From positions 42,642,618 to 42,701,592 of the forward strand of contig NC_068985.1 in NCBI RefSeq assembly GCF_001194135.2: DNA of 58,975 bases, read 5' to 3'. Shown one piece after another: positions 34,481-48,451 of this stretch. Every line of letters starts with the position of its first letter. The stretch's first letter is position 1. The translations under genes were made by a program, and so were the position numbers. The stretch comes from Octopus bimaculoides (Eukaryota). The notes under the pieces are model-generated. The model did not search any database. It had not been told where the DNA came from and saw only the letters and a list, made by a program, of their open reading frames with translations.

Positions 34481-37251
34481 TCAACCAGTAACGTGGTTGA
34501 ATGATATAAGACAGGCTTCTTTCAGTTTCCATCTACCAAATCTACTCACAAGGCTTTAATTGACCCAAAACCATGTGATTGGAAAGCAAGCTTCTTACTA
34601 CAGAGCCACACCTATAAATGTTTTAGACTAATTTATTAATTTTCAATTACAATCATCATCATCAGCAGCAGCAGCATGATTGTAATAACAATATTTAGGT
34701 TTCAACTGAGGACTGTAAATTATCATTCCAGCACATTAATCTTGAGTTATATACACTGTTACAAATAAAGATCAGAAACTTAGATGTTTTAAGAGCATTA
34801 TGAATCAAAATTTTTCTTTGTTAATTTGTTAATATTGTAGACTACTAGGGCAAAATATTTAGTAATATTTAATTTTTTAGCACTATCAAGACAAAATATA
34901 TTTATGTTTCAAAATTGTAAACGTTTTCAGACCAAATGTTTAACATTAAATAGTACTTAATCTTATAAACATTCCTCATTATCATTATAATTTTTAACAT
35001 CTGTTTTCCATACTGGAATGGTTTGGACAGTTTGATAGCAGCTGGCAAGTCAGAAGACTGCACTAAGTTCTACTGTCTGGTTTAGCATGGTTTCTACAAC
35101 CAGATACCCTTCTTGCACCAACAACTTTACAAAATGTACTGGGTGCATTTTACATGGCACCAGCAGTATTGAGGTCACCAAATAACTCACAGGACAAAAT
35201 CCTTGCCTAAGTGGGGGTGGAGGTGGCTTTGTTCCAGGTGATGCAAGGTTTCAGTATGAATAAAGGGACAAAAATAAGTGTCTTGTAGTAAAGATACGTG
35301 GCTAACCAAGGAGGAGAGAGAGAGGGGGGGGGGAGGAGAAGATGGTGAAGATATGATAGAGATGCACTCGAGTTAGAAGGAGGTGTCTACAAGTGAAGTG
35401 GAGCCAAAGACTTGGTAAGGAGTGGGGTGCATGGCTAAGTTCATGAGATGGTGAAAGGAGAGTGAGAGGAGAGTGAGAGGAGAGAGAATGTTATTACTAG
35501 GAGAAAATGGCTTGTGTGGTATTTTGTTGACCCTTTTTACATTCTGAGTTCCAATCTTGCAGAGATCAGCTTTGCTGTCATTATTCCAAAGTGGTTAATT
35601 TACAAAAGAAACAATCAAATGCTGGGATCATTTAATTCAAAGATTCAAAGATAAGATCTAAAGAAACTGGTGAGGGCTTTCTTTGTTGGCAACAATTATT
35701 CCACAGGACAATTATCAGAACAGTTTGATGAGATTTCTTTAAGAAGTGAAGGATCTAAATTCACTTCTCCCAGCAATCAAACTCAACAATCTCTTGCAGG
35801 AACTGTCCCAGCAATGAAATCAATTTAGCTCTCTTTCAAGATGTTGGTTCCTGACTTAAATTCAAAATAAATCAAACATACACACTATAAAATGACATTC
35901 AGTTTACAAATAGATATTTTTCTTCTTTTTTTTTTTTAAATATATTCTTTTTAATCATCTGAAGAAAATAAATATCAGCCTTTAGAATCAAAAATTTATT
36001 TAAAAGTTTGAAGAATTGTATTTAAATCTATGTTTTGTGGATTTCTTTACTTGTGTCAAACAACAAGGATGATGAAGATGAAGGGACGGATCACTACAAA
36101 GTCAATTTGTCCATGCATAATTATAGTAAAACATATTTTAGTTCACACTACACACTAGCTCATGTGTGAAGATGAATTGCTGGTTTGACTGTCTAGCAAT
36201 CTGTGGAGGCAGTCTGTCTAAATGACTGTCTATCTGTTTGTCCATGTGATATCTATCTACACACTAACAGACATATGTAGATAAATTACCTGTCTGACTA
36301 TCAGTCAATACATCTCCCTATTTACTCACTAATAGATGTGAACAGATAAATTATGTGTCTGTCTATCTGTCTATATGACTGTTAAAAATTCTGTCTAAAC
36401 ACTAATGGACAGACACCCTGTTTATCGGTCAGTCGATCAGTCTTCCTATCTACGCACTAATAGATGTGCATAAGCAAACATCTGTCTTTCTGTCTGTCTA
36501 ATAGAATTAAGTAAAAATATTTTACAAAAATAAACATTCCAACACTTATTTACACGTGCACATGTGAACACACACACACATCCTAATATATATTCAATCA
36601 CACACTTGTACACACATCCACACATCAACCTATTCACACACACACATACATACATACACAAATATACACACATATATACAAATGCATACACACACACTCT
36701 TAGATCTACATTTATCTTATGTGGAATAAAAGAAAAAGACAAAAAAATAATAAAAATTTTCATAAAAGGATGGAGATAAATATGAAAACCAGGTTAACCA
36801 GGTTCAATTCCAATTGGCACAAAAATGTCCCACTATCTGGGTTTCTTGCCTCTTTTAGGCTCTGTTGTTCCAAAGTTGAATAAAGATTAAGAATAATGAA
36901 ATATTGTGATGAATAAATGAGTGAGGTATCTAAATATTGGTAAGTTCATTTTGTCATAGGCATGGATCAAAAATAAATATAAAATAGCATTTCTGTAGTC
37001 ATTTACCAATATAAATTGGAAAATGGTGCCATTGTTTTAGATACTGAAATAACAAGTTCTAAAATAGTTTTGGATTCACTTTTAGGATCAAATCTGTTAT
37101 GGAATAGAAATACAAATAAATATAATTACAAAGATAGAGAAAGTATATGTAAAGGTATGAAAATACAAAGATAGTGAAGTATGTGAAAGGATGAAAATTG
37201 TTGGTAAATATAAAATTATCCAAGATGAATAAGTAATATGTTGGCTCTTGG

Positions 37252-37257
37252 TTTATT
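37252..37257 (-). promoter_or_regulatory. Candidate proximal polyadenylation signal (AATAAA) of NTAN1
   Basis: First minus-strand AATAAA downstream of the stop, about 34 nt away; the region is AT-rich, so it may be chance. Confidence 0.3.
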
Positions 37258-37290
37258 GTTGTTGTTATTGTTGTATTAGGGTTAATTACA

Positions 37291-37470
37291 TCATCGATAA
37301 CTGTGACCAGAATCCACCCACAGCCCTTCAGGGGATTGCTTATAATAGCGAGGAAGTCCATTTTTGAAGAGAGATCTCATAGGTGTTGGATGTATTCTGA
37401 TGTGAATAAACGTATTTCGGAAGTCCTCAACAAAATTGGGTGGCTCTTGTTTAGGAGATGTGGAAAATTT
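37291..37470 (-). CDS. NTAN1: NTAN1 exon 10, terminal coding exon (180 nt including TGA)
   Basis: Acceptor tatttattttcag; encodes KFSTSPKQEPPNFVEDFRNTFIHIRIHPTPMRSLFKNGLPRYYKQSPEGLWVDSGHSYR*; STSP contains the triad Ser. Confidence 0.96.
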   Translation of the reverse strand, partial: KFSTSPKQEPPNFVEDFRNTFIHIRIHPTPMRSLFKNGLPRYYKQSPEGLWVDSGHSYR

Positions 37471-40400
37471 CTGAAAATAAATACATAAATAATAGAAAAT
37501 ATAGTAAACAAATAAAGAAAATAGTAAATAAACACTGAGGGAATTGATTATTTTGAAGGATTTCCCCATTTAATGTTGCAATGGTAAATACATTTAAGAA
37601 GAAAACACTAAAATTTCCAACTTTTTTAAATATGAGAGCGAAACAGTAAAATTCCTATAAAACTCGTGATTATTTGTGTCAGCAGTTAGTAAGTACCAGC
37701 TAATTAACACAGTGAAGTAAGTTATTTTGCTCTGAGGAAGAAGGAAAGTCTGATGTTTTAAACATAACCTTTTGTTGGCAAGAGAAAGAGAAGTAATGTT
37801 TAGTAGATTGGCAAAGAAACAGAGTGGGGACTGGTTCACATACCATTGGATTTAAACATTTAATAAAGACGACTTTCATTGGGAAGAGAAGCAAAAAATT
37901 ATGCATGACAGAATAAAATAATAAACTTGATAAAATTGTAAAAATTGTATTAATTTTTAATAACTTAAAGGAAAAAGAAGTCACTTTAACCTTTTAACAC
38001 TTTAACCTTTTGTCTAACAAAATGCCTTTTTATCCACATTGTTATGCTTTGAGATTTAGATAATGTGATAGTTTATTTTTAGGATGACAATGTAGATTAG
38101 ATGTGAGAGGCCAGATATGGTTAATCAGAGCATAAAATAGGTAGAATATTTGGGCCAAATATGGCTGGTTTAAATGGTCTCTAAGATTGATGGGAGAGAA
38201 GGAGAAAGACATCTTTTAAGCGTTTCTAAGACCCTACTTAAGGGTTTGTCTCGAGAGAATAACTTTTAATCTTATAGATTTCACTCACAAAACAATGGTC
38301 AACCAGAAACTTTGGTAGAAGATACTTTACAGTAGGATTGAACTCAAAACTATGTAGCTGCAAAGTGAATTTCATCACCACTGAGCCATGCCAGATCCAT
38401 TTTGAGTTTAATGGTCATTGATTATAATCAATATTCTAATCTAGAAATGATTATCTCCTTAACTGCTGTCAGGACATATTATGTGTTCAATATTCTAATA
38501 TATTCTTGTTGTGTCTCCATCTACAACTTTCTTTGTATTTCTCTCATTTGCCAATCACCATTTCTTCTATTCACTACCAATGACATTTATGTAATAATGG
38601 CACTGGACTTGTCCATATTCACCCTTCTGCCATCACCGCCATCATTGTTTGTCACTCCACCTCTCTTCTACCATCAGCGTTCATCACTCTACCTTCCTTC
38701 CATCATGACATCCATATTCAATAACCACAACCATCAACTTCCTTTACCACAATCCATTGTTTTTCACCCCACCTCCATATCACTCTTCAATAACAACCAT
38801 CATTGTCTTTCTTGATACAAATCTCTCTTCCTTATCTATATTACTCATCCTGTTCCTCACCTAACATGTAACTCATCATCACTGGCCTTCTTCCATTACT
38901 CCTTCTCCTACCACTTTCTCACTCCCATCACTCTGTTTCCTTTCTCTATCACACCCTTTCTCTTCTATTCATACTCATCACATTTGTGTGGAATAAACAA
39001 ATACATTGTATAGTAGTGAGGACTTCTGAGTTTTGCTGAGAGCATGAAACCTCTCTAGTGCTAGTGCCATGATAAAGTGTGCCCTGTACACTCTGTAGAG
39101 TGACTGATGATAGGGAGGGTAGCCAGCAGGAGAAACCATGCCAAAAATGGAAAGATGATTCAGACATGGTCCCCAACCAATCTAGAACAGTAGCTTTGAA
39201 TAAGAACTGGATTGAACAAATTTAAAGACATATTCCCTGTCACACACAGTTATTACACTGATTCTGATTGAGGATTATGTTAAGCATACACATTCCAATC
39301 TCAAATATTCAGTCGCTTACATCATTTTGCTTTTAAATTTTGGCACAAGGCCAGCAAATTCATGGAAGGGATCATTACATCCACCCTAGTACTTAACTGG
39401 TACTTATTTTATTGACCCCAAAAAGATGAAAGGCAAAGTTGATCTTTGCAGAATTTGAACTCAAAACATTAAGACAGACAAAATATCACTAAGTCTTTTG
39501 CTCAGAGTGGTAACAATTCTGCCAGTTTGTTGCCTTTCTTCTTTTCAGCTTATTGCCATCCCTTCAAAAGTCATCGATAAGCACCTGGCCAATGACAAAT
39601 AAGTGGCTCTTAAGCCCAGCTCCAGAGCTGCATGTTTTCTCACAAAAATGACACTGAAAACGCAGCCCTGATCATGATGATGATGAAAGTTACATCTGGG
39701 TCAGATCACTTTGAGAATGTGGCTTGCATAGATGATAAATTTAATCCACTTCTCAGTTTAACATTACCACCCGGAACCTTGGTGCCTTTAGTGGAATCCA
39801 CTCTGCAAAAAAAATTCAGGAGGAGTAAGTTGATTACATGAAGCCCAGTGCTCAACTAGTATTTATTATATCGACCCCAAAAGGATGGAAAGTAAAGTCG
39901 ATCTTGGTGGAATTTGAACACAGAACCTAAAGACAGATGAAATGCTACTAAGCATTTTGTCCAGTGTGGTAACACTTCTGCCAGCTCATAACCTTAATTA
40001 CTTACATAGTAAGTCCAGTTGATTGGATCAGTTTCCCAACCTGGGGTTGCAAAGCTCAGGAAAATTTGGGACTAAGTGGTGGGTACACACAACTATCATT
40101 CTGTTTCTTCTAAATATTTTCTATTACTTTCTGTAATAAAAGAAACTGTGAGTAAACACAGAGGAAACTGATTATTTTGGAGGGTTTTCCCATTTGATGT
40201 AACAACGGTAAATACATTTAAGAAAAAAACACTAAAATCTTCAACTAATTTAAATATGAGCGTGAAACAGTAGAATTCCCATAAAACAAGTGATTATCTG
40301 TGTCAATAGTTAGTAATTACAGCTAATTGACATAGACAATCACTTGTCTAATTTACTCCTGCTCTGAGGAAGAAGGGAAGTCTGATGTTTTCAACAACCT

Positions 40401-43400
40401 TTTGTTGGCAAGAGAAAGGGAAGTGGTGTTTAATAGATTGGCAAAGAAACAGCATGAGGAGTGGTTCACATAGCCAGAAAACACACAATGCATTTCTTAT
40501 ATCTCGAGTTCTGTTTCAATAGAAAAAAAAATTAAAGATTCCTTTGACAGTTTGATAATAATTTATTATTGATGAATAAACTATCAAGTTGGCATTGGAA
40601 AGTCTTGTATATATTAAAATATCATATTACTACTTTGAAGTTCATATATCTAAGAATAATTTCTAAGGGTAATTGTTGAACTTTGGGATAGTTTTATAAT
40701 GTTTCTGAATGGTAAGCAACTTGGAGAAGAAGTACAAGATGCCAAAAGTGACATATTCTACCTTTCAGATATATCCAAAATACTAAATTTGCTGAAGAGC
40801 CAGTTACAAGTTAAAAATTAAAATTTTTTAATTTGCAAAGAGGCTACTAGTGGTTTCTTTGGAAAACTTAATTATTCAGGGTAAATATTGGGCATATGGA
40901 GTTGATGCATTTTCCAACTCTTACCACTATTGAGAAGTAACTGCAAGAGGATGATATTTTGGTGTACACTGAGGAGATAAAGAAATTGCATAATGATATA
41001 GAAATTAGGTTCAAAGATCTCTTGGAAATGAACATTCCAAGTTAGTCTGAAATAGGTAGACCCATTTGAGACAAAAGCAGCTAATTTTTGATAATAGACT
41101 ACAAGAAAGTCTCATTGAGTTGCAATGTAATCAAACTGCTTGAGCTAAACGTAACCATGGGTTCATATTACAGAAAAATGGTTGATATTTTGCATTTTCT
41201 GCCTTTTGCTAAGGGATTTTATCTTTGTGCTCAAAAAGTAATCATTTATAAAGAAATTAATAACTTTCTGAGTATCAATAGCAGTTTATTGTTATGTATG
41301 TTGTATCAGAAAGATATTTGATTATAAATAGTTGGTTTATTGAAGCCACAAAATATTTTTGCTTTCATGAAACCAAATAATAGAGACTGTAAGTGCAAGT
41401 AATAGACATTGATATTTTAATGGAGTTTATTACATAAATAGTAGAAAACAAAACACCTTTGAAAACAATTTTATCTTTAATGTTTACTAGACTACCCATG
41501 ACCCATTGGGTCACTGGGGAAGTCTGAGTTTCCCAGCAACAGAGTTTTGTTTCATGGGATTTTTTTTCTTTTCCATGTTTCACATGTTTTCAACAAATGT
41601 GACATTGAAATCACACGTAAACAGCTCCTTTCCCCAGAAAAGGAAAGATTTGGCTGTTATTTCTTGCATGCCCTGCTACCACATAACAGGTATTTTGGGT
41701 CCTTTATCACAAATAGCTGTTACTTAGTAGCAGGGTGTGCTAGAAATAGCAACCAAATCTTTGGAGCTGAGATATATTGAATGCACTCGAAAGAAACTTA
41801 TGGCAATATTTACTGTAATTTTAAAGTCATTTTCACTTTAAAATATTTTGCTCATTATATTAAATGAATGTGACATCGAAATTATGCGTAAACAGCTCCT
41901 TTCCCTAGAAAAGGAAAGATTTGGAAATGCACAAAATGGAGAAAATGAAACAAATATGGACGACTTGTTCAGAAACACCCACGAGTGGGGAACAATTCTC
42001 AAAAATAGCCCCCAATTGTTTTCCCCCAAAATTCCTATGTCCTCAGAATCTACATAGTCCATGGTATATTTGTAGAGAATTTCATTAAAAAGTAACCATT
42101 TTCTTGAAAGTTAAGACGAATTGAAGTGGACTCCAATGAAATTTCCGAAATTCCCCACACCAAAAAATTTTGTATATTCGGAATCTACATGATATAACAT
42201 ATTCGTAAACAATTTCATTAAAAAATATCCATTTTTCTGAACATTATGGTCATCCAAAGTCGGGGGTGGGGGCAGAAATCTGTAGTTATGCCTTTGAATC
42301 AAACACAAAGAGATTTCATGCAAATTTTTTAAACAATCTCTTCAAGAAAATTTCAGTATAAACTTTCAGAAAATATGCTCAAAAAGAAACAAAAAATATT
42401 CCATGAATCTTCTCAGCTTTATATTTAAGTCATTAAAGGGAAGTAACTAACATGAGAGAGTTACTTCCCTTCCTATATCAATCACCCAAGTACTAAACTA
42501 CGTAATGAAAGTGGGAAATACAGTTGATTAAAACTCCTGAAGGTAGTGTTCCAGCATGACCAGAGTCAATTAATTAAATTTTGTGAAGGAGTAAAATATA
42601 AAATACACTGCTATAAAAGGAGTAAATTTTCAGTGGATTCTGAATGGAAGCGATTTTATTTTATAGACAGATTTAATAAAAACACAAAACAATGCTCTAA
42701 AAAACAATGGCTAAATTAAACAACTTACCATAAGAATTTCTTTATCAGTAAGGTTTATAAATTTATCAACACAGCTTACATCATCTACGCAGTAGTTGAA
42801 AGGCTGTATAACTATTCTTCGGAGATGGAAGTTATAGATACAAGGAAACTGAAAGTATATGTACAAAACATACTAAGATCAAAATGTTACTTAAATATCA
42901 ATACAAGCTTTCTCATAATAATTCTTTCTACAATAGGCACAAGGCCTGAAATTTTAGGGCATGGAGGTTGAGGGCAAGTCTATTACATTGACCCCAGTGC
43001 TCAACTGGTATTTAAGGATGAAAGGCAAAGTCAACCTCAGCAGAATTTAAACTCAAAACATAAAGACAGACAAAATGCTGCTAAGCATTTAACACGTGTC
43101 TAAGTAACAATCATAACAAGCAGTACACAAGTCATGTGTAAATAACAGACATAATGCATTTACACAAAAGTTGCAAAGCATCTACAAAATAGTCATAGCA
43201 TGTCTTTACAACAATTATAAGATGACATCAGACTATGATAATAAAACCAAATAAAACATAGTCAGGAAGGAAGCTTCTTAACCAAAGAGGTCCACTTGTT
43301 GAAATCGAATTTTTTTTTTTTTAATTGAAGAAATTTGAACAATGGTTACTTGCATGAATGTGCACATACACCACATAAAAGACAAAACTTGCACACAAAT

Positions 43401-46400
43401 ATATTTCTCCACACACCTGCTGCAAAAGATTGGAGGAAACAATGCAAGGAAGATTGACTGGAAATAATGTTGTATTTTGAAATTAGAAAGTCAACTTACA
43501 GAATCCTGCCAATCAAACATTCTCATAGCATTTCTTAATGGATAATCAGGTCCTCGATCTACAAATGTGGCAGGAAATATTTCTCTATGTTTCATATCCA
43601 CCCCTGTAATATAAATGCAAACAATATTTATCTAAACACGAGTAAGTATAGTTTTAAAGACACAAGGAAAAATTGAGATTTCTCAAAGTAAAATTTCATC
43701 ATTCAATCCACGCAGACATGTAAAAATGAGAACAATAGAGAGAATATCAAAATATGACAAAAATTTTGAAACATATTTTTGGATCAGTATCTTCTTCATG
43801 AAGAAAAGAACACAAGCATGGTTATGTGGTTAAAAGTTTGTCACACTACAAATCTCCATATTAAATCTCACTGAGTGGTTCCTTGGGAAGATAGTTTTTG
43901 CATGTGGCACATGCTCAGGAGCAATAAACACTGAAAATGTGCAGAGAACAGCTTCTGTCACATTCCAGGGAGAAAAACTACAAGTAGTTGATAGCTTCTG
44001 TTANNNNNNNNNNACATTCCAGGGAGAAAAACTACAAGTAGTTGATAGCTTCTGTTACCTAGGTGACCAAGTCAGTAGCGGGGGTGGATGTTCTGAAAGT
44101 GTAGCTGCTAGAATTAGTATAGCCTGGGCAAAGTTCAGAGAGCTCCTACCTCTGCTGGTGACAAAGGGCCTCTCGCTCAGAGTAAAAGGACTGTATAATG
44201 CATGTGTTTGAACAGCTATGCTACATCGCAGTGAAACATGGGCCATGACTGCTGAAGACATGCGTAAGCATGCAAGGAATGAAGCCAGTATGCTCTGCTG
44301 CATATGTAATGTCAGTGTGCATACATGACAGAGTGTAAGCACTCTGAGAGAAAAGTTGGACTTAAGAAGTATCAGATGTGGTGTGCTAGAGAGATGACTG
44401 CACAGGTAAGGTCGTGTGTTGCGAATGGATGAGGACAGCTGTGTGAAAAAGTATCACGCCCTAGCAGTTGAGGGAACCTGTGGAAGAGGTAGACCCAGGG
44501 AGACCTGGGATGAGGTGGTGAAGCACAACCTTTGAACATTGGGCCTCACTAAGGCAATGACTAGTGACCAAGACCTTTGGAGATATGCTGTGCTTGAGAA
44601 GACCTGACAAGCCAAGTGAGACCATAACCCGTGACCTATGCCAATGATGTATAACCAGCCCACTTATGAGTACCCTTCATTCATTGGACAATAAACTTTG
44701 CTTGTGAAGACCTGTTGAGGCAAGTGAAATCAAAATCGCTGAAGTGGCCGATGACAGTACCACCTGATTGGCACTTGTGCCAGTGAAACGTTAAAAGCAC
44801 CATCTGAGCATGACTGTTGCCAGGGCTGCTGACTGGCTCCCGTGCTGGTGGCATGTAAAAAGCACTATTCAAGCATGATCGTTGTCAATGTCGCCTTACT
44901 GGCACATGTGCCAGTGGCACGTTAAAAACAACATTTGAATGTGGTTGTTGCCAGTACCGCCTAACTGGCCCTCGTGCCGGTAGCATGTAAAAAGCATCCA
45001 CTACTCTCTCGGAGTCGTTGGCGTTAGAAAGGGCATCCTGCTGTAGAAACTTTGCCAGATCAGATTGGAGCTTGGTGCAACCTTCTGTCTCGCCAGTCCT
45101 CAGTCAAACCGTCCGACCCATGCCAGCATGGAAAGTGGACATTAAACGACAATGATGATGATGATTTGTTATTATTGTTTAGCCCTAGTCAACCTTAATC
45201 CAGTATGCTTATGATCAAAGAAATTCCAGTCATGACCATTTTATCTTCAATATTTTTCAGGTAAGTATAAGTGTATCTAGGACAACAATATTTAGTGTTC
45301 TTTAGTTGTGATTTGAAGGAGATTTGGCTTGATGCAATCATGTAGAGGTTTCCCTCATTGGCTCATTAGAGTAAATACTATTTGAAATACGTGCACACAC
45401 ACACACATAAATATACATCATAAATATACGTACCAAGACCATAGATTACAGGGAAAGGTGTACCTTCTTTCATAACAGTGTTCATGTCTGGATGATAAAG
45501 ACATGGTATTAGAAATAATTATTATAGACATGTATTATAAACTATTAAATGTATTACCTGGACTTTATTTACTACCTCTTGGGCTGAAAACTCTTCCCAA
45601 ACCTCACACATATAGGTGTCACTCACATACAAAATAGAAACCTCATATGAAACCTGCACTACCACCAGGAACAGAGACCTAATCCTCTGATGGGTCAGTG
45701 ACAATCTGGTTTATTTCAGCATTACAGATACAAGCACTGCACAAATCCAGGTAACAATCTTTTAGTTCTAGTCTTAGACAATACACAACCAAAATACTCA
45801 AAGCCTATAAACGCTAACTTTCGCAAATCCTTCTTTGTAACCCACACCAACATAACACAACTAAAACTGCACCTCAAAAAAACTAACCTTCTTCATGACG
45901 AACAAATACTTCACCTTTGAATGTTTGGTGATACTTTATAAGTTCATGTAAAACTCACAAAAATTCACAGCATGTAAGACCTACTAAGGTGTACAACAAC
46001 AGCTTAGATAGTGCTGCTGATACACTCAGAGACATTCCAGACCACATCCAAAAGAAGGTCATCCAGTTGATTGTCAAAAATTCATTTGTCAACATACTAC
46101 AACCTCTGGTTCTGTGACTATACTGTCTTCTTTCTCTGCCTATTCTACAGCTACTATAACATCTTCTACTCCTCTGAATTAACTAGGTTACCACATTGCT
46201 TATTATCAAAGACAAAACTCACTCACCATCATACTGTGTCTCCTCTCTTTGTCTATTCTACTGCAACTATAATCGCTTCTGCTCCTCTGAATAAGCTAGT
46301 TATATATCACCTCCACACATACACTTTTGATACACTTCTCTTTTTTCCATCATTCTGTGCTGTGCCTCACTCTCAGATTCCACACTAATGATTATACACA

Positions 46401-46636
46401 ATCCTTTCTGTCTAATGCATCATTCTTCTAAAATGACCATGCACCCCACCTCTAGATCAGAAGGGTCTGCAAAAGCCATGAGTATAGTCTCTCTTCCAGA
46501 CTAAATTATTAAGAAAAGACAAAGAAAAATCAAATAGTTTTACCTGAGATTGTTGCACACATGAGATGGACATCTTGGGGATGGCTGTTGAACTCATCTG
46601 TAAAGAAGCAAGTTTTGTTAAAGCTGCTATTATATA

Positions 46637-46670
<34 letters not shown>

Positions 46671-48393
46671 TAAGTAAGTATGTGGTAAAGATGGAGAGGG
46701 GAGGCAGTGCAGAAAGGAGGTGATTAATGGAGAGAGTAGGCAAAGGAAGATAATGGGGGGTGGAAGTGGTTTGGGGCGAAGAAGAAAGATAACTGAGAAA
46801 GCCAAGGAATGTAGTAAGTACCAATTCTTCTGTCAGGTGATAGAGACGTAATGGGTGTTAGGGCATGAAATGTGAAGGAGAAAGATTGATGGGCCAGAGC
46901 CCCACATGGACAAGATTTACCATGGTGGTTTTAGGATATTAACTCTGCTGTGATGTGCAGATCTTCTTGAGTACAGCAAGGTGCCAGATATCTCAGTCTT
47001 TGTCATTTCCTTCATAAGGTTCTGCATTTTAAAAGCAACCATCAATATTTCATCCCATATTTTCCTGTAGGTCCCTCTTCCACAAGTTCCATCCACTTTA
47101 AGTGATCAGTACTTCTTTATGCAAATGTCCTCATCCATACACACATCACATGACCAAACCAATGCAGTCTTCTCTCTTGCATACTGCATCGAACTCCTCT
47201 TATGGCTAACCTCTCTCTCAATACACTATTGCTTTGTTACACGTGTACACTGACATTGCACATCCAGAGGAGCATGCCAGCTTCATTCCTCTGCATTCAG
47301 GGCCCACATCTCACAACCATGTGCTATTGACGTTTATATACATTCATCATACAATCCTCCTTTTACTTGGGGAGAGAGAGAGAGAGAGACCTTTGGTTGC
47401 CAACAAAGGTTAAAGCTCTCTCAACTTTCTCCATCCTATTCTTATTCTAGCAGTTACACTTTCAGTGCACACTCCTCCATTGTTAATTAGGTCGTGCTCA
47501 CCCTGAATGCCAGGTAAGTTAGCAGGACAGAAGATAAAAGGACTTCCTATGCACTCAATGAACTAATGATGTGTGTGTGTGTGTGCATGCGTGTGCATGC
47601 GTGCACACGCATGTTTATGATGAACAACAACATTTTCTTACAACCACTACTCAAAAATGTTTTTGATACTCTAAGTGAACTTACATAACAATTCATCAGA
47701 AATCTGAGAGGATATTCTTCTTTCATCATTAAAACCGCCAGCTAATGTGAGTTCAAACCTGGAAAATAAGATATTATTTATATGTAAAGAAAGTGTAAAG
47801 GCACAGGCATGACTGTGTGGTGAGTAGTTTGCATCCTAACCACATGGTTCTGGGTTCAGTCCCACTGCATGGGCAAATTTCTTCTGCTATAGCCCTAGGC
47901 CACTTTTAATAAACTTGGTAGATGAAAACTTAAAGAATCCTGTCATACATGTGTGTCTGTGTTTGTCCCACAAACACACCACTTGATAACCTGTGTCCCC
48001 ATAACTTAACAGTTCAGCAAAAAGAGTCTGATAGAATAAGTACCAGGTTTTGAAAAACAGAAAACAAGTACTGGGGTCAATTCGTTCAGCTAAAATTCTT
48101 CAAAGTAGTGCCCCAACATGGCCACAGTCCAAATAATGAGAACATAAAAAATAAAGTTCTTCATGACAATGTGCCACCCCATAAAAAATATGACAGAGAA
48201 GAAATCAATTCTCTGTGAATTCCAATTTACATCAAGACAGCCAGCACAAAAAATCTCTAGTGAGACTTCTTTATCAATGTACCTGAAGAAGTGTACCACA
48301 ACTACGGATAACAACAGGTAGCCTAAACTGTGCCAGTGCTCTACTCAACATTTAAAAACACTAATCTAATTATACATATTTGTCTAAATTTTC

Positions 48394-48451
<58 letters not shown>

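Noticed and set aside
48090-48314. ORF containing LEIFCAGCLDVNWNSQR, superficially like NTAN1 LEVHLVGGFSD
   Set aside because: No phase-compatible donor; the true exon 5 (47685-47758, LAGGFND) fits size, phase and motif exactly.
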